DNA of 64,000 bases from the NCBI GenBank assembly GCA_902608975.1, contig CACLQI010000002.1, positions 14,580 through 78,579 on the forward strand, in the 5' to 3' direction. The notes beneath the pieces are model-generated. The model worked only from the letters and a program-made list of their open reading frames with translations, was not told the origin of the DNA and ran no database searches. This document shows positions 9,999 to 18,240 of the stretch, piece by piece. Position 1 is the stretch's first letter; every line of letters starts with the position of its first letter. The position numbers and the translations under genes were made by a program. The DNA comes from an uncultured Pelagibacteraceae bacterium. Lineage in GTDB: Bacteria; Pseudomonadota; Alphaproteobacteria; Pelagibacterales; Pelagibacteraceae.

Positions 9999-10075
9999 GG
10001 CGGGGTAGCTCAGTTGGTTAGAGCGCGGGACTCATAAGCCCGAGGTCAGTGGTTCGATCCCACTTCCCGCTACCA
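9999..10075 (+). tRNA. tRNA-Met (CAT), probably elongator type
   Basis: Full cloverleaf: acceptor GGCGGGG/TCCCGCT, D arm GCTC-AGTTGGTTA-GAGC, anticodon loop CTCATAA, T arm AGTGG-TTCGATC-CCACT, encoded CCA. Confidence 0.93.
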
Positions 10076-10084
10076 TTCTAAACT

Positions 10085-11050
10085 TTAATTTAACAATTTC
10101 TTTTTAGCCTTCGTAAATTCTTCTTCTGTTAAAATTCCTTGATCATAAAGTTCTTTTAATTCTCTAAGTTGTTCTGCTAGATTTAAATAATTTTTTGTTT
10201 TTTTGTTTTTCTTTTTACTAGTATTTCTTTCATTTTCAGGCGTATACCATTTACTTAAATTTAATTTGTGTCTTTTTTTAGCTTTAACTTCATTTTCAAA
10301 TTTTACATGTCTTGCTGCTGATTGTTTTATAAAATTTTCCATAAATTTTTTAGCTTCTGGGTGTTTTTCGATATTATGCTTATGATACTCAGAATCTTCT
10401 TCTGTCGAGAATTTAGTTTTTTTAGCACCATACAATTCAGGATTAATTGCATGATATTTCATTATAATTTTTAAAGAAACACTCTTAGCAAAAAAGGCAT
10501 GCATATCTGAAAGCATAATTTTTGGAACTTCAATATTATTGTCTCTTATCCATTTTCTAACCCAGCTATTGTTAAATGGTTTTAAATAACCATGTCTGCT
10601 ATCTACATCGTCAGGAAGAAATAATTCCTTCCATGTTTCTTCATGTCTTACAATAAAACAATTAAATGCTGCGCCATATTTGTATACTTCTGTTAGATAA
10701 TATTCTTTTTTTTCGTAACAGCCATCATCTCTGTTATAAAAAAAAACTTCTTGCATCCAAGAATCAATAGCTCCTTGAAATTGCCCATAACTACCTAAAA
10801 CTCCAATTTCAACTATATCTTTAAAAACATTATTTTCTTCTTGAACAAAAATTGCATATCTAGATTCTATTCCCTTAACATACCAACCATCTGTCATTAT
10901 CAATGTCCAAACTCCCTCAGGTAAACTTACTTTGGTATCTCTTATTGATATAATTCCTTCATATTTTTGACCCCATTTAAATGATGTATCTGCAAAACTA
11001 TAGTTAAAAGAAAAAAGATATAAAAATAAAAATATAATAAATTTTTTCAC
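10085..11050 (-). CDS. Exported protein with C-terminal SHOCT domain
   Basis: GTG start, signal peptide MKKFIIFLFLYLFSFNYSFA, Lys-rich linker, LAEQLRELKELYDQGILTEEEFTKAKKKLL. Confidence 0.8.
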   Translation of the reverse strand: MKKFIIFLFLYLFSFNYSFADTSFKWGQKYEGIISIRDTKVSLPEGVWTLIMTDGWYVKGIESRYAIFVQEENNVFKDIVEIGVLGSYGQFQGAIDSWMQEVFFYNRDDGCYEKKEYYLTEVYKYGAAFNCFIVRHEETWKELFLPDDVDSRHGYLKPFNNSWVRKWIRDNNIEVPKIMLSDMHAFFAKSVSLKIIMKYHAINPELYGAKKTKFSTEEDSEYHKHNIEKHPEAKKFMENFIKQSAARHVKFENEVKAKKRHKLNLSKWYTPENERNTSKKKNKKTKNYLNLAEQLRELKELYDQGILTEEEFTKAKKKLLN

Positions 11051-11061
11051 GTTAAAAAGTT

Positions 11062-11586
11062 TTAATCTAATAATTTCTTTTTAGCTTTAGTAAATTCTTC
11101 TTCTGTTAAAATTCCCTCATCATAAAGTTTTTTTAACTCTTTAAGTTCTTCAGCTAATGCTGAAGATGAAGCTGTTTCTTTTTTAGGTTTTTTTTTCTTT
11201 TTTACTTTCTTTTTTTCTTCATCAGCTTTTGGTTTTGCTAAGTCATCTTCTTCAATTTTTTTATATTTGGCAACTGAAGCTTCATGCTTATCTACAATTC
11301 TACGCAACCTAGAAGTTTCAATGAACCATCTTAGTTTACCTTTGTTATCTCGGTGTCGGATTGATGCTCTAAATATTTGACCATAAAAATCAGGATCTTC
11401 ACTTTTTTTAACTATTTTACACCATTGAGTATTATTATAAAAATCTTTTTCCGATTTAATCATTTCAGACCACCGACCTTCATAAAAACAATATTGCAAA
11501 ATTCCAACTGTACCAGCTTGTGCTTGGAAACTATTTCCTACATTGAAAAAAAAAAATAAAATAAAATATATTAGAATTTTTTTCAT
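11062..11586 (-). CDS. Exported protein with C-terminal SHOCT domain
   Basis: Signal peptide MKKILIYFILFFFF..AQA, Lys-rich linker, LAEELKELKKLYDEGILTEEEFTKAKKKLL. Confidence 0.8.
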   Translation of the reverse strand: MKKILIYFILFFFFNVGNSFQAQAGTVGILQYCFYEGRWSEMIKSEKDFYNNTQWCKIVKKSEDPDFYGQIFRASIRHRDNKGKLRWFIETSRLRRIVDKHEASVAKYKKIEEDDLAKPKADEEKKKVKKKKKPKKETASSSALAEELKELKKLYDEGILTEEEFTKAKKKLLD

Positions 11587-11715
11587 TTCTAAACGTTAAC
11601 AGAAATCTTGACACAGTAAAATTGAAAAATCCTTTACACACATATGACTCATTGCGTTAGGATTTTTATTCTTTTCTTAACGTTTTATGTTATAAAAACG
11701 TAGAGAAAGGTGAAG

Positions 11716-11768
11716 GCGCGGGACTCATAAGCCCGAGGTCAGTGGTTCGATCCCACTTCCCGCTACCA
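11716..11768 (+). repeat. Duplicated 3' half of tRNA-Met (attR-like tRNA fragment)
   Basis: GCGCGGGACTCATAAGCCCGAGGTCAGTGGTTCGATCCCACTTCCCGCTACCA; lacks the 5' acceptor strand and most of the D arm. Confidence 0.95.
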
Positions 11769-11784
11769 AAAAAAATAAATTTTT

Positions 11785-12450
11785 ATGTCTTACTATATTC
11801 AAATCGGTGCAGGCGCTGGAGACCAAGATGAAAGATTAAATTATAAAGAAGGTTTTACAAATTTTATAAAAAAAAAAACCTATAATAAAGATGACAAAGT
11901 TCTAGTGGTCGAAGCAAATCCATTAAATATAGATAAGTTAAAAACTTGCTGGAAAGATTATTCTAATCTAAAAATTTATAACCTTGCAATAGTAGATAGC
12001 AATTTTACAGGTGAAAATATTAAGCTTTTTTATACCGAGGATGACAAGCCATGTTACCAAGTGACTTCTATTCATCCAAACCATGTAAAAAAACATTATC
12101 CTAAAAGTATAATTTTAGAAAAAAAAGTAAAAGCAAAAAGAATTAATGATTTTTTATCTGAAGAGGTTGGCAATCAAAGAATTGAATATTTAGCGATTGA
12201 TGCCGAAGGAATAGATTTTGATTTAATTATGGATTTAAATTTAAAAAAAAATGATATAAAAAATATTTCTGTAGAAATTATCCATTTAAACAAAGAACAA
12301 AAAAAAATTTTAGTAAATAAACTGTTAGAAAACGGGTATTCGTATAGTGGCAAAGGTTTTGATATTGATGGATATGACCTAATGTTTAGCAGAAAAATGA
12401 ACTTATATTTAAAATTAAAAACAAAATATTTTACACGAAAACTTAAATGA
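11785..12450 (+). CDS. FkbM-family SAM-dependent methyltransferase
   Basis: YIQIGAGAGD, LVVEANP, IYNLAI, YLAIDAEGIDF. Confidence 0.8.
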   Translation: MSYYIQIGAGAGDQDERLNYKEGFTNFIKKKTYNKDDKVLVVEANPLNIDKLKTCWKDYSNLKIYNLAIVDSNFTGENIKLFYTEDDKPCYQVTSIHPNHVKKHYPKSIILEKKVKAKRINDFLSEEVGNQRIEYLAIDAEGIDFDLIMDLNLKKNDIKNISVEIIHLNKEQKKILVNKLLENGYSYSGKGFDIDGYDLMFSRKMNLYLKLKTKYFTRKLK

Positions 12451-13451
12451 AAATACTTTTTATTACTCCAGATACTAGCAAAAAAATAAGAAGTGATTTT
12501 ATGAGTGACGGACTATTACATGGATTAAGAGAGCAGTATGGAGAAAACGTTATTGATTATCCTGGCTCATGGTACATGTATAAAGATGAAGTTAAAAAAA
12601 GAAATTTTGACTTTTCAAATTTTTGGGGAAATGGCTTTACTTTTTACGATGAATTAGAAAATTTTGATCAATTTGATAGAGCCAATATACAAGATAAAAT
12701 AAAAAAAAATTATTTTAATTATATAATTTATGGTTCTTTTACAAGATCTAAATTTTTTCTAGAAGAAGCAAAAAAATCTAATAGTAAAATAATTTTGATT
12801 GATGGAGAAGACAATATAGATCTAAGTCAAAACTTAGATATAAAAATTGCTTATTTTAAAAGAGAGTTAGTTAAAGATATTACAAACGTTTTTCCAATAA
12901 ATTTTAGTATACCTGAAAAAAAAATTGTTACTAATATAAATCTCAATCCAGAAAATTTATTAGCGCCCTTAATTCCACATAGGTACAAAACATATATTTA
13001 TAAAAATCAAAATGATTATTACAAAATGTGGCAGAATAGTATTATTGGTATATCTTATGTATGGGGAGGTTGGTGGGATGCATTAAGATATTATGAAATG
13101 CTTATGAATGGGTGTGTTCCATTAATACAAAATCTTGAAAATTGTCCAAAAAACAGTTTATATTTTTTACCAAAAAAAGATTTGTTAGAAACCAAGAAGA
13201 ATTATTCCTGGATTTTAAGCCAGTACAATCCGTTTAGAATTTATAAAAAAAAATTTTTAAATTTTAAAAAATTATCTTTATTTTTAAGCTCATCTTTTAA
13301 AAAAAAATATAATGCTGAAGAATTTATACAAAACTTCCCTGAAATAAACATTTTGAGAAGTAATTTGTTAGAATATACTAAGAAATTTCTTACAACAAAA
13401 GCAATGTCAAAATATATAATTGATAAATCAAATAGATTTTATAATGAATAA
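12447..13451 (+). CDS. Hypothetical protein, putative GT-B glycosyltransferase; paralog of 8937..9965
   Basis: Shares VIDYPGxWYMxKDEVKK, NLLAPLIPxRYKTY and YYEMLMNGCxPL with 8937..9965; has GGWWDALRYYE. Confidence 0.5.
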   Translation: MKILFITPDTSKKIRSDFMSDGLLHGLREQYGENVIDYPGSWYMYKDEVKKRNFDFSNFWGNGFTFYDELENFDQFDRANIQDKIKKNYFNYIIYGSFTRSKFFLEEAKKSNSKIILIDGEDNIDLSQNLDIKIAYFKRELVKDITNVFPINFSIPEKKIVTNINLNPENLLAPLIPHRYKTYIYKNQNDYYKMWQNSIIGISYVWGGWWDALRYYEMLMNGCVPLIQNLENCPKNSLYFLPKKDLLETKKNYSWILSQYNPFRIYKKKFLNFKKLSLFLSSSFKKKYNAEEFIQNFPEINILRSNLLEYTKKFLTTKAMSKYIIDKSNRFYNE

Positions 13452-14169
13452 AATTGTACATTTTCTTAATAAAAAATATCAAAGATTTTTTGAGATTAGA
13501 AAAATTTTTGAATTAAGACACTTTATTCATAGAAAATTTAAAGAGAAGGATTTAGGTAGTTTAGGTTTAGATTTTAGTGATAAACCCATAAGGCAAGATA
13601 TAGTCCAAAAAATAATTGATAAAAAAAAATTTAAAAACTATTTAGAAATTGGCTGTAATAAAGATGAGCTTTTTTCAAAAATTATTTGTGAAAATAAAAT
13701 AGGAGTTGACCCAATTAGAGGAGGAAATCTTAGAATTACAAGCGATAAATTTTTTCAAAATAATAATAATAAATTTGATTGTATTTTTATAGATGGTCTT
13801 CATAAGTACCATCAAGTTAGAAAAGATATAATTAATTCTCTAAAAGTATTAAATGAAAACGGAATAATTTTGTTACATGATTGTTTGCCAAATGATGTTT
13901 TTGCTCAAGCAGTACCAAGATGTCAACATGTATGGAATGGTGATGTATGGAAAGCGTTAGTAGAATTTAGAACCCATGAGAACTTAGATGTATATACTTG
14001 TTATGCTGATCATGGAATTGGGGTTATTTTTAATAGAAAAAATAAAAATTTACTAAAAATTGGTACAACCGATTTTCATAAACTAAAATTTGAAGAATAT
14101 TTTAATAACTATAAATCTTTAATGAATGTGATCTCTTTTGAAGAATTGCTTAAAGTTGTAGATTTGTAA
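13444..14169 (+). CDS. Class I SAM-dependent methyltransferase (Methyltransf_24-like)
   Basis: YLEIGC, IGVDP, FDCIFIDGLH, GIILLHDC, WNGDVWKA. Likely start ATG at 13444. Confidence 0.8.
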   Translation: MNKIVHFLNKKYQRFFEIRKIFELRHFIHRKFKEKDLGSLGLDFSDKPIRQDIVQKIIDKKKFKNYLEIGCNKDELFSKIICENKIGVDPIRGGNLRITSDKFFQNNNNKFDCIFIDGLHKYHQVRKDIINSLKVLNENGIILLHDCLPNDVFAQAVPRCQHVWNGDVWKALVEFRTHENLDVYTCYADHGIGVIFNRKNKNLLKIGTTDFHKLKFEEYFNNYKSLMNVISFEELLKVVDL

Positions 14170-14175
14170 TTTTTT

Positions 14176-14757
14176 TTATTTCTTATATTCAAAATTTTGC
14201 GTTGTATCATTTACACTGAGCAATTTTGCACCATTTCTTAAATGAAATTTTGTAGCCATTTCGGTTAATGGCGAAAGAGTTACTAGTCTGTTTAGATGGT
14301 TTGATTTTTTTATCATTTTAAAAACTTCTTTAACAATTAGTTTGCCGCCGCCTTTTTTTTTTGACCATACAGTATAAGCAATAGCCATTTTGCCAACTCT
14401 TTGGTCTCTAAGCGTACTTTGTAAAAAAGCATCTTTGCTTAACATATCTAAATCTTCAACAGATTTTGGAATTTTGTTTGTAAAAGCAAAACACATGACG
14501 GCATGAATTTGACCTTTATATTTAACTCCATAAATTTTTCTTCCATAGCTAGTTCTGAATTCATTATCTAATTCTGGTCTTATAGGATCTTCATTCGTAT
14601 CACATTGTTTTAAATTTACCAACTCTGCTCCAGAAACCCATTCAAAAAAATTTTTTATTTCTTTTTTAAAAATTTGCTTATTTTTTCTTATTCTTGCTTT
14701 AATTCTAGGTTTTAAAATGTTAATTTTACTTTTCATTGGTGTTGTATTATTTTGCAT
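14176..14757 (-). CDS. Hypothetical protein, GNAT / malonyl-CoA decarboxylase-like fold
   Basis: AIAYTVWS..KGGGKLIVKEV...LNRLVTLSP..MATKFHLRNGA. Confidence 0.5.
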   Translation of the reverse strand: MQNNTTPMKSKINILKPRIKARIRKNKQIFKKEIKNFFEWVSGAELVNLKQCDTNEDPIRPELDNEFRTSYGRKIYGVKYKGQIHAVMCFAFTNKIPKSVEDLDMLSKDAFLQSTLRDQRVGKMAIAYTVWSKKKGGGKLIVKEVFKMIKKSNHLNRLVTLSPLTEMATKFHLRNGAKLLSVNDTTQNFEYKK

Positions 14758-14828
14758 GCTTTATTTAATACAATGTTTATTAAGAAATGCTGCTATGCAA
14801 CTATTGAAACCATAAATATATTAAAACC

Positions 14829-15857
14829 TTATTTTTTTAGACCAATTCTTTTTGTAGCCTCTTTCATTTTGATAGAAGAATAATACTGTAAATTATTTAA
14901 ATACCACTTAAACGTTAAATTTATTCCTTTATTAAGATTGATTTTTGGCTTCCATTTAATTTCTTTATGAATTTTTTTGCTGTTTAGAGCATACCTTACA
15001 TCATGACCTGGTCTATCTTTTACAAATTTAATTTTTACATTTTTGCCGATTTTGATATTTTTTTTTGCAATTTTTATTAAAGATTTTGCTATTTCAATAT
15101 TTGTTTTATTAATATTTGAACCAATATTATAAAAATTTCCGACTTTTCCTTTTTGAAAAATTTTAATTAGTGCCTCGCAATGATCGGTAACATAAATCCA
15201 TTCTCTTGAGTTCAATCCTTTTCCATAAATAGGTAAACTTTTATTTTTTATTATATAATAAATAAGTTTTGGTAATAATTTTTCAGGATGCTGTTTTGGC
15301 CCGTAATTGTTTGAACAATTTGTTATAATTGCCGGCAATTTGTAAGTTCGCACATATGAGTAAACCAAATGATCAGACGAAGCTTTGCTGGCAGCATACG
15401 GTGAACTAGGTTTGTAAGGATAATCCTCATTACTTCTACCTTTTAAAACATCTCCATAAACTTCATCAGTAGATATATGTATTAGTTTAGATTTTGAATT
15501 TTTTTTTGAATATTTTTTAAATACTTCTAACAAATTAAAAACTCCTAAAATGTTACTTTTAATAAAGTTTTCTGGTCCATCAATAGATCTGTCTACATGA
15601 GTTTCAGCGGCCAGATTAAATATACACTTTGGTTTAAATTTATTTAAAATTTTTTTTAATTTATTTTTATTATTAAGATCACACTTAATAAATTTATAAT
15701 TTTTATTATTTTTGTATTTTTTGGTATTATAAAAATTAGAAGAGTATGTGATTTTATCTATATTGATTACTTGAAAATTTTTTTTGAGTAATAAATCAAT
15801 AAGGTTACTCCCTATAAATCCTAGTCCGCCAGTAACAATAATTCTTTTTTTAACCAT
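14829..15857 (-). CDS. rfbB: dTDP-glucose 4,6-dehydratase
   Basis: VTGGLGFIGS, NLAAETHVDRSI, HISTDEVYG, PSSPYAASKAS, NCSNNYGP, DRPGHD.RY. Confidence 0.95.
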   Translation of the reverse strand: MVKKRIIVTGGLGFIGSNLIDLLLKKNFQVINIDKITYSSNFYNTKKYKNNKNYKFIKCDLNNKNKLKKILNKFKPKCIFNLAAETHVDRSIDGPENFIKSNILGVFNLLEVFKKYSKKNSKSKLIHISTDEVYGDVLKGRSNEDYPYKPSSPYAASKASSDHLVYSYVRTYKLPAIITNCSNNYGPKQHPEKLLPKLIYYIIKNKSLPIYGKGLNSREWIYVTDHCEALIKIFQKGKVGNFYNIGSNINKTNIEIAKSLIKIAKKNIKIGKNVKIKFVKDRPGHDVRYALNSKKIHKEIKWKPKINLNKGINLTFKWYLNNLQYYSSIKMKEATKRIGLKK

Positions 15858-15909
15858 TATTTTAAATTATATATATATTCATTTATTTTATATATTAAAC
15901 TAATTATCA

Positions 15910-16797
15910 ATGAGCAATCTAAACGATTTAACCGTAATTATTGTAACATTTAAAACAAAAGAAGAAATCTTGTTCAATTGCATTAATTCTATAAAAAAAG
16001 AGATCAAGATTATTAATGTTGAAAATTCAAATGACACTTCTCACAAAGAAAAAATTGAAAATAAGTATGAAAATGTAAAAGTAATACTATCAGGTAAAAA
16101 CTTAGGATATGGGGCGGCCAATAATTTAGGATTAAAAAATGCAAAAACTCGTTATGTGTTAATATCCAATCCTGATGTTGAATATAGTAAAGATTTCTTT
16201 GATGAATTAAAATTTTATTTAAATAATAATATAAATTTTAGTGTTATTGGACCTTTATACAAAGATGAATCAACCCATCTATCTTATGGTAACTTAGATG
16301 GAAGTATAAATAAAAATGAATTCAATAATTTATTTTTAAAAGAAGTCGGTTATGTGGTTGGATGTTCGATGTTATTGGATACTAAAAATATAAATATAAA
16401 TTTCGATGAAAATTTTTTCTTATATTTTGAAGAAGCCGATCTTTGCAAAAGAATTAGTATTAATGGAGGCAAAGTATTTTGCAGTTCAAAACTATTTATA
16501 AATCATTTGGGTTACAAAGGATCAATCTCGACTGATCCAAAATACGAAATTGAGTCCGAGATGATTAGAAGTTGGCATTGGATGTGGTCTACTTTTTATT
16601 ATCATAAAAAACATAGTGGTTATTTAAAAGCTTTCTCATTGATGTATGGCAAGCTTGTGAGAGCTTTTGTTAAAATGATAATATTTAGTTTGTTTTATAA
16701 CAAAAAAAAACAAAAAATGTATTATGCAAGACTTTCAGGATTATTTAGTTCTATGCTTGGAAAAAAATCTTCATATAGAATAAAATCTTTAGAATAA
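15910..16797 (+). CDS. Glycosyltransferase family 2
   Basis: TVIIVTF, NLGYGAANNLG, LISNPD, FDENFFLYFEEADLCKR. Confidence 0.9.
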   Translation: MSNLNDLTVIIVTFKTKEEILFNCINSIKKEIKIINVENSNDTSHKEKIENKYENVKVILSGKNLGYGAANNLGLKNAKTRYVLISNPDVEYSKDFFDELKFYLNNNINFSVIGPLYKDESTHLSYGNLDGSINKNEFNNLFLKEVGYVVGCSMLLDTKNININFDENFFLYFEEADLCKRISINGGKVFCSSKLFINHLGYKGSISTDPKYEIESEMIRSWHWMWSTFYYHKKHSGYLKAFSLMYGKLVRAFVKMIIFSLFYNKKKQKMYYARLSGLFSSMLGKKSSYRIKSLE

Positions 16798-16798
16798 T

Positions 16799-17326
16799 TT
16801 AATGACCTGGAAAGTTTATTAAACTTTCTACCTTATGACCTTTTTTAATTAAATTATCACTCCCACCTAAATCAAAAAGATTTATAACAAAAATAAATCC
16901 AGATACTTTTCCAGCCGACATTTCAATTATTTTTGCTGCAGCCTCAGCTGTTCCACCAGTTGCAATTAAATCATCTATAATTAAGACCTTGTCATCTTTT
17001 GAAATTGAGTCTTTATGCATTTCAATCGTAGCAGTTCCATATTCAAGCTCAAAATCAACTGAGTATCTTTCTGCAGGTAATTTATTTTTCTTTCTTAAAA
17101 GTATAAAAGGCTTTTTAAGCAGATAAGAAATAGCCGAAGCAAATACAAAGCCTCTTGATTCAATTGCAGCTATTTTATCAAATTTGAAATTTTTTGATTT
17201 TTCAATTATTTGATTTATTGACTCTGCAAATGCTTTTTCATTTTTTATCAAAGTTGTAATATCTCTAAATAGAATACCTTTTTTAGGATAGTCTGGTATT
17301 GATCGAATATATTCTTTTAAATCCAT
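16799..17326 (-). CDS. apt: Adenine phosphoribosyltransferase
   Basis: IPDYPKKGILFRDIT, AIESRGF, LEYGT, VLIIDDLIATGGT. Start ATG at 17326. Confidence 0.96.
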   Translation of the reverse strand: MDLKEYIRSIPDYPKKGILFRDITTLIKNEKAFAESINQIIEKSKNFKFDKIAAIESRGFVFASAISYLLKKPFILLRKKNKLPAERYSVDFELEYGTATIEMHKDSISKDDKVLIIDDLIATGGTAEAAAKIIEMSAGKVSGFIFVINLFDLGGSDNLIKKGHKVESLINFPGH

Positions 17327-17367
17327 ATTAATTTGAGTTATATAAATAAATAAATTATTTTTTGTAT

Positions 17368-18240
17368 ATGGCAAACAATAAATTAGCTGTAATTGGTGGA
17401 AGTGGTCTTTATGACGTTGAAGAATTTAAAGACAGGGAATTGTTAGATATTAATACACCCTGGGGTAAGCCTTCAGACAAAATTTTAAAAACAACTTACA
17501 ATAATAAAGAAGTTTATTTCCTTCCTAGACATGGACGAGGTCATTTTATAAATCCATCAAACATTAATTTTAGAGCAAATATTGATGCGTTAAAGCAATT
17601 GGGAGTTACGGATATTGTTTCCGTTTCAGCTGTTGGATCTTTAAAAGAAGATTTACCACCAGGTAAATTTGTTATTATTGATCAGTTCATAGATAGAACT
17701 TTTGCAAGAAACAAAACTTTCTTTGATGATGAAATTGTAGTTCATGTTTCAATGGCTCACCCCACATCGAATGGATTAATGAATGCATGCGAAGAGGCAA
17801 TCAAAAAAGAAAAAATAGAATACCAGAGAGGAGGAACATATGTTGTTATGGAAGGGCCTCAATTTTCTACATTAGCGGAATCTAATTTATATAGATCTTG
17901 GAAAGCGGATGTAATTGGAATGACAAATATGCCTGAAGCAAAATTAGCAAGAGAAGCAGAAATTAGATATGCTTCAGTTTCAATGGTAACTGATTATGAT
18001 TGTTGGCATCCTGATCATGAAAACGTTGATGTGCAACAAGTTATAAAAGTTCTTTTAGGGAATGCAGCGAAAGCAAAAAATATGATTAAAAATTTAATTG
18101 ATAATTTTGAAAAACATATTGATCCGAAAGATCCTACAAATAATTGCTTAGATGTAGCTATTATTACTGCTCCTGAAAAAAGAACACAAAAAACTAAAGA
18201 TAAATTAAAAACAGTGGCTGGAAGAGTTTTGAATAAATGA
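17368..18240 (+). CDS. mtnP: 5'-methylthioadenosine phosphorylase
   Basis: IGGSGLY, TPWGKPSD, FLPRHGRGH, MEGPQFSTLAES, IGMTNMPEAKLAREAE, VTDYDCWH. Confidence 0.95.
   Translation: MANNKLAVIGGSGLYDVEEFKDRELLDINTPWGKPSDKILKTTYNNKEVYFLPRHGRGHFINPSNINFRANIDALKQLGVTDIVSVSAVGSLKEDLPPGKFVIIDQFIDRTFARNKTFFDDEIVVHVSMAHPTSNGLMNACEEAIKKEKIEYQRGGTYVVMEGPQFSTLAESNLYRSWKADVIGMTNMPEAKLAREAEIRYASVSMVTDYDCWHPDHENVDVQQVIKVLLGNAAKAKNMIKNLIDNFEKHIDPKDPTNNCLDVAIITAPEKRTQKTKDKLKTVAGRVLNK

Larger units (their letters stand above)
10023..11768. mobile_element. tRNA-Met-integrated mini-island without integrase, bounded by attL/attR-like 53-bp direct repeats
   Basis: 10023-10075 is identical to 11716-11768. Two minus-strand cargo genes lie between the repeats. 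Confidence 0.85.

Noticed and set aside
9999-10075. Initiator tRNA-fMet or tRNA-Ile2 identity
   Set aside because: It has no C1:A72 mismatch and no three G-C pairs at 29-31/39-41, and the D arm matches elongator Met. Ile2 is less likely but not formally excluded.
11040-11710. Integron attC sites around the SHOCT genes (several TAAC/GTTA words)
   Set aside because: No RYYYAAC...GTTRRRY palindrome of suitable length between the genes (the spacer is only 11 bp) and no integron integrase.
11716-11768. Second tRNA-Met gene
   Set aside because: It lacks the 5' acceptor strand and D loop, so it cannot fold as a tRNA; treated as an att fragment.
17327-17374. N-terminal extensions given by the ORF track for apt (and likewise nrdB, bolA, cimA and the 4338 gene)
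   Set aside because: They overlap neighbouring genes or promoter regions; downstream ATGs give better-fitting N-termini.
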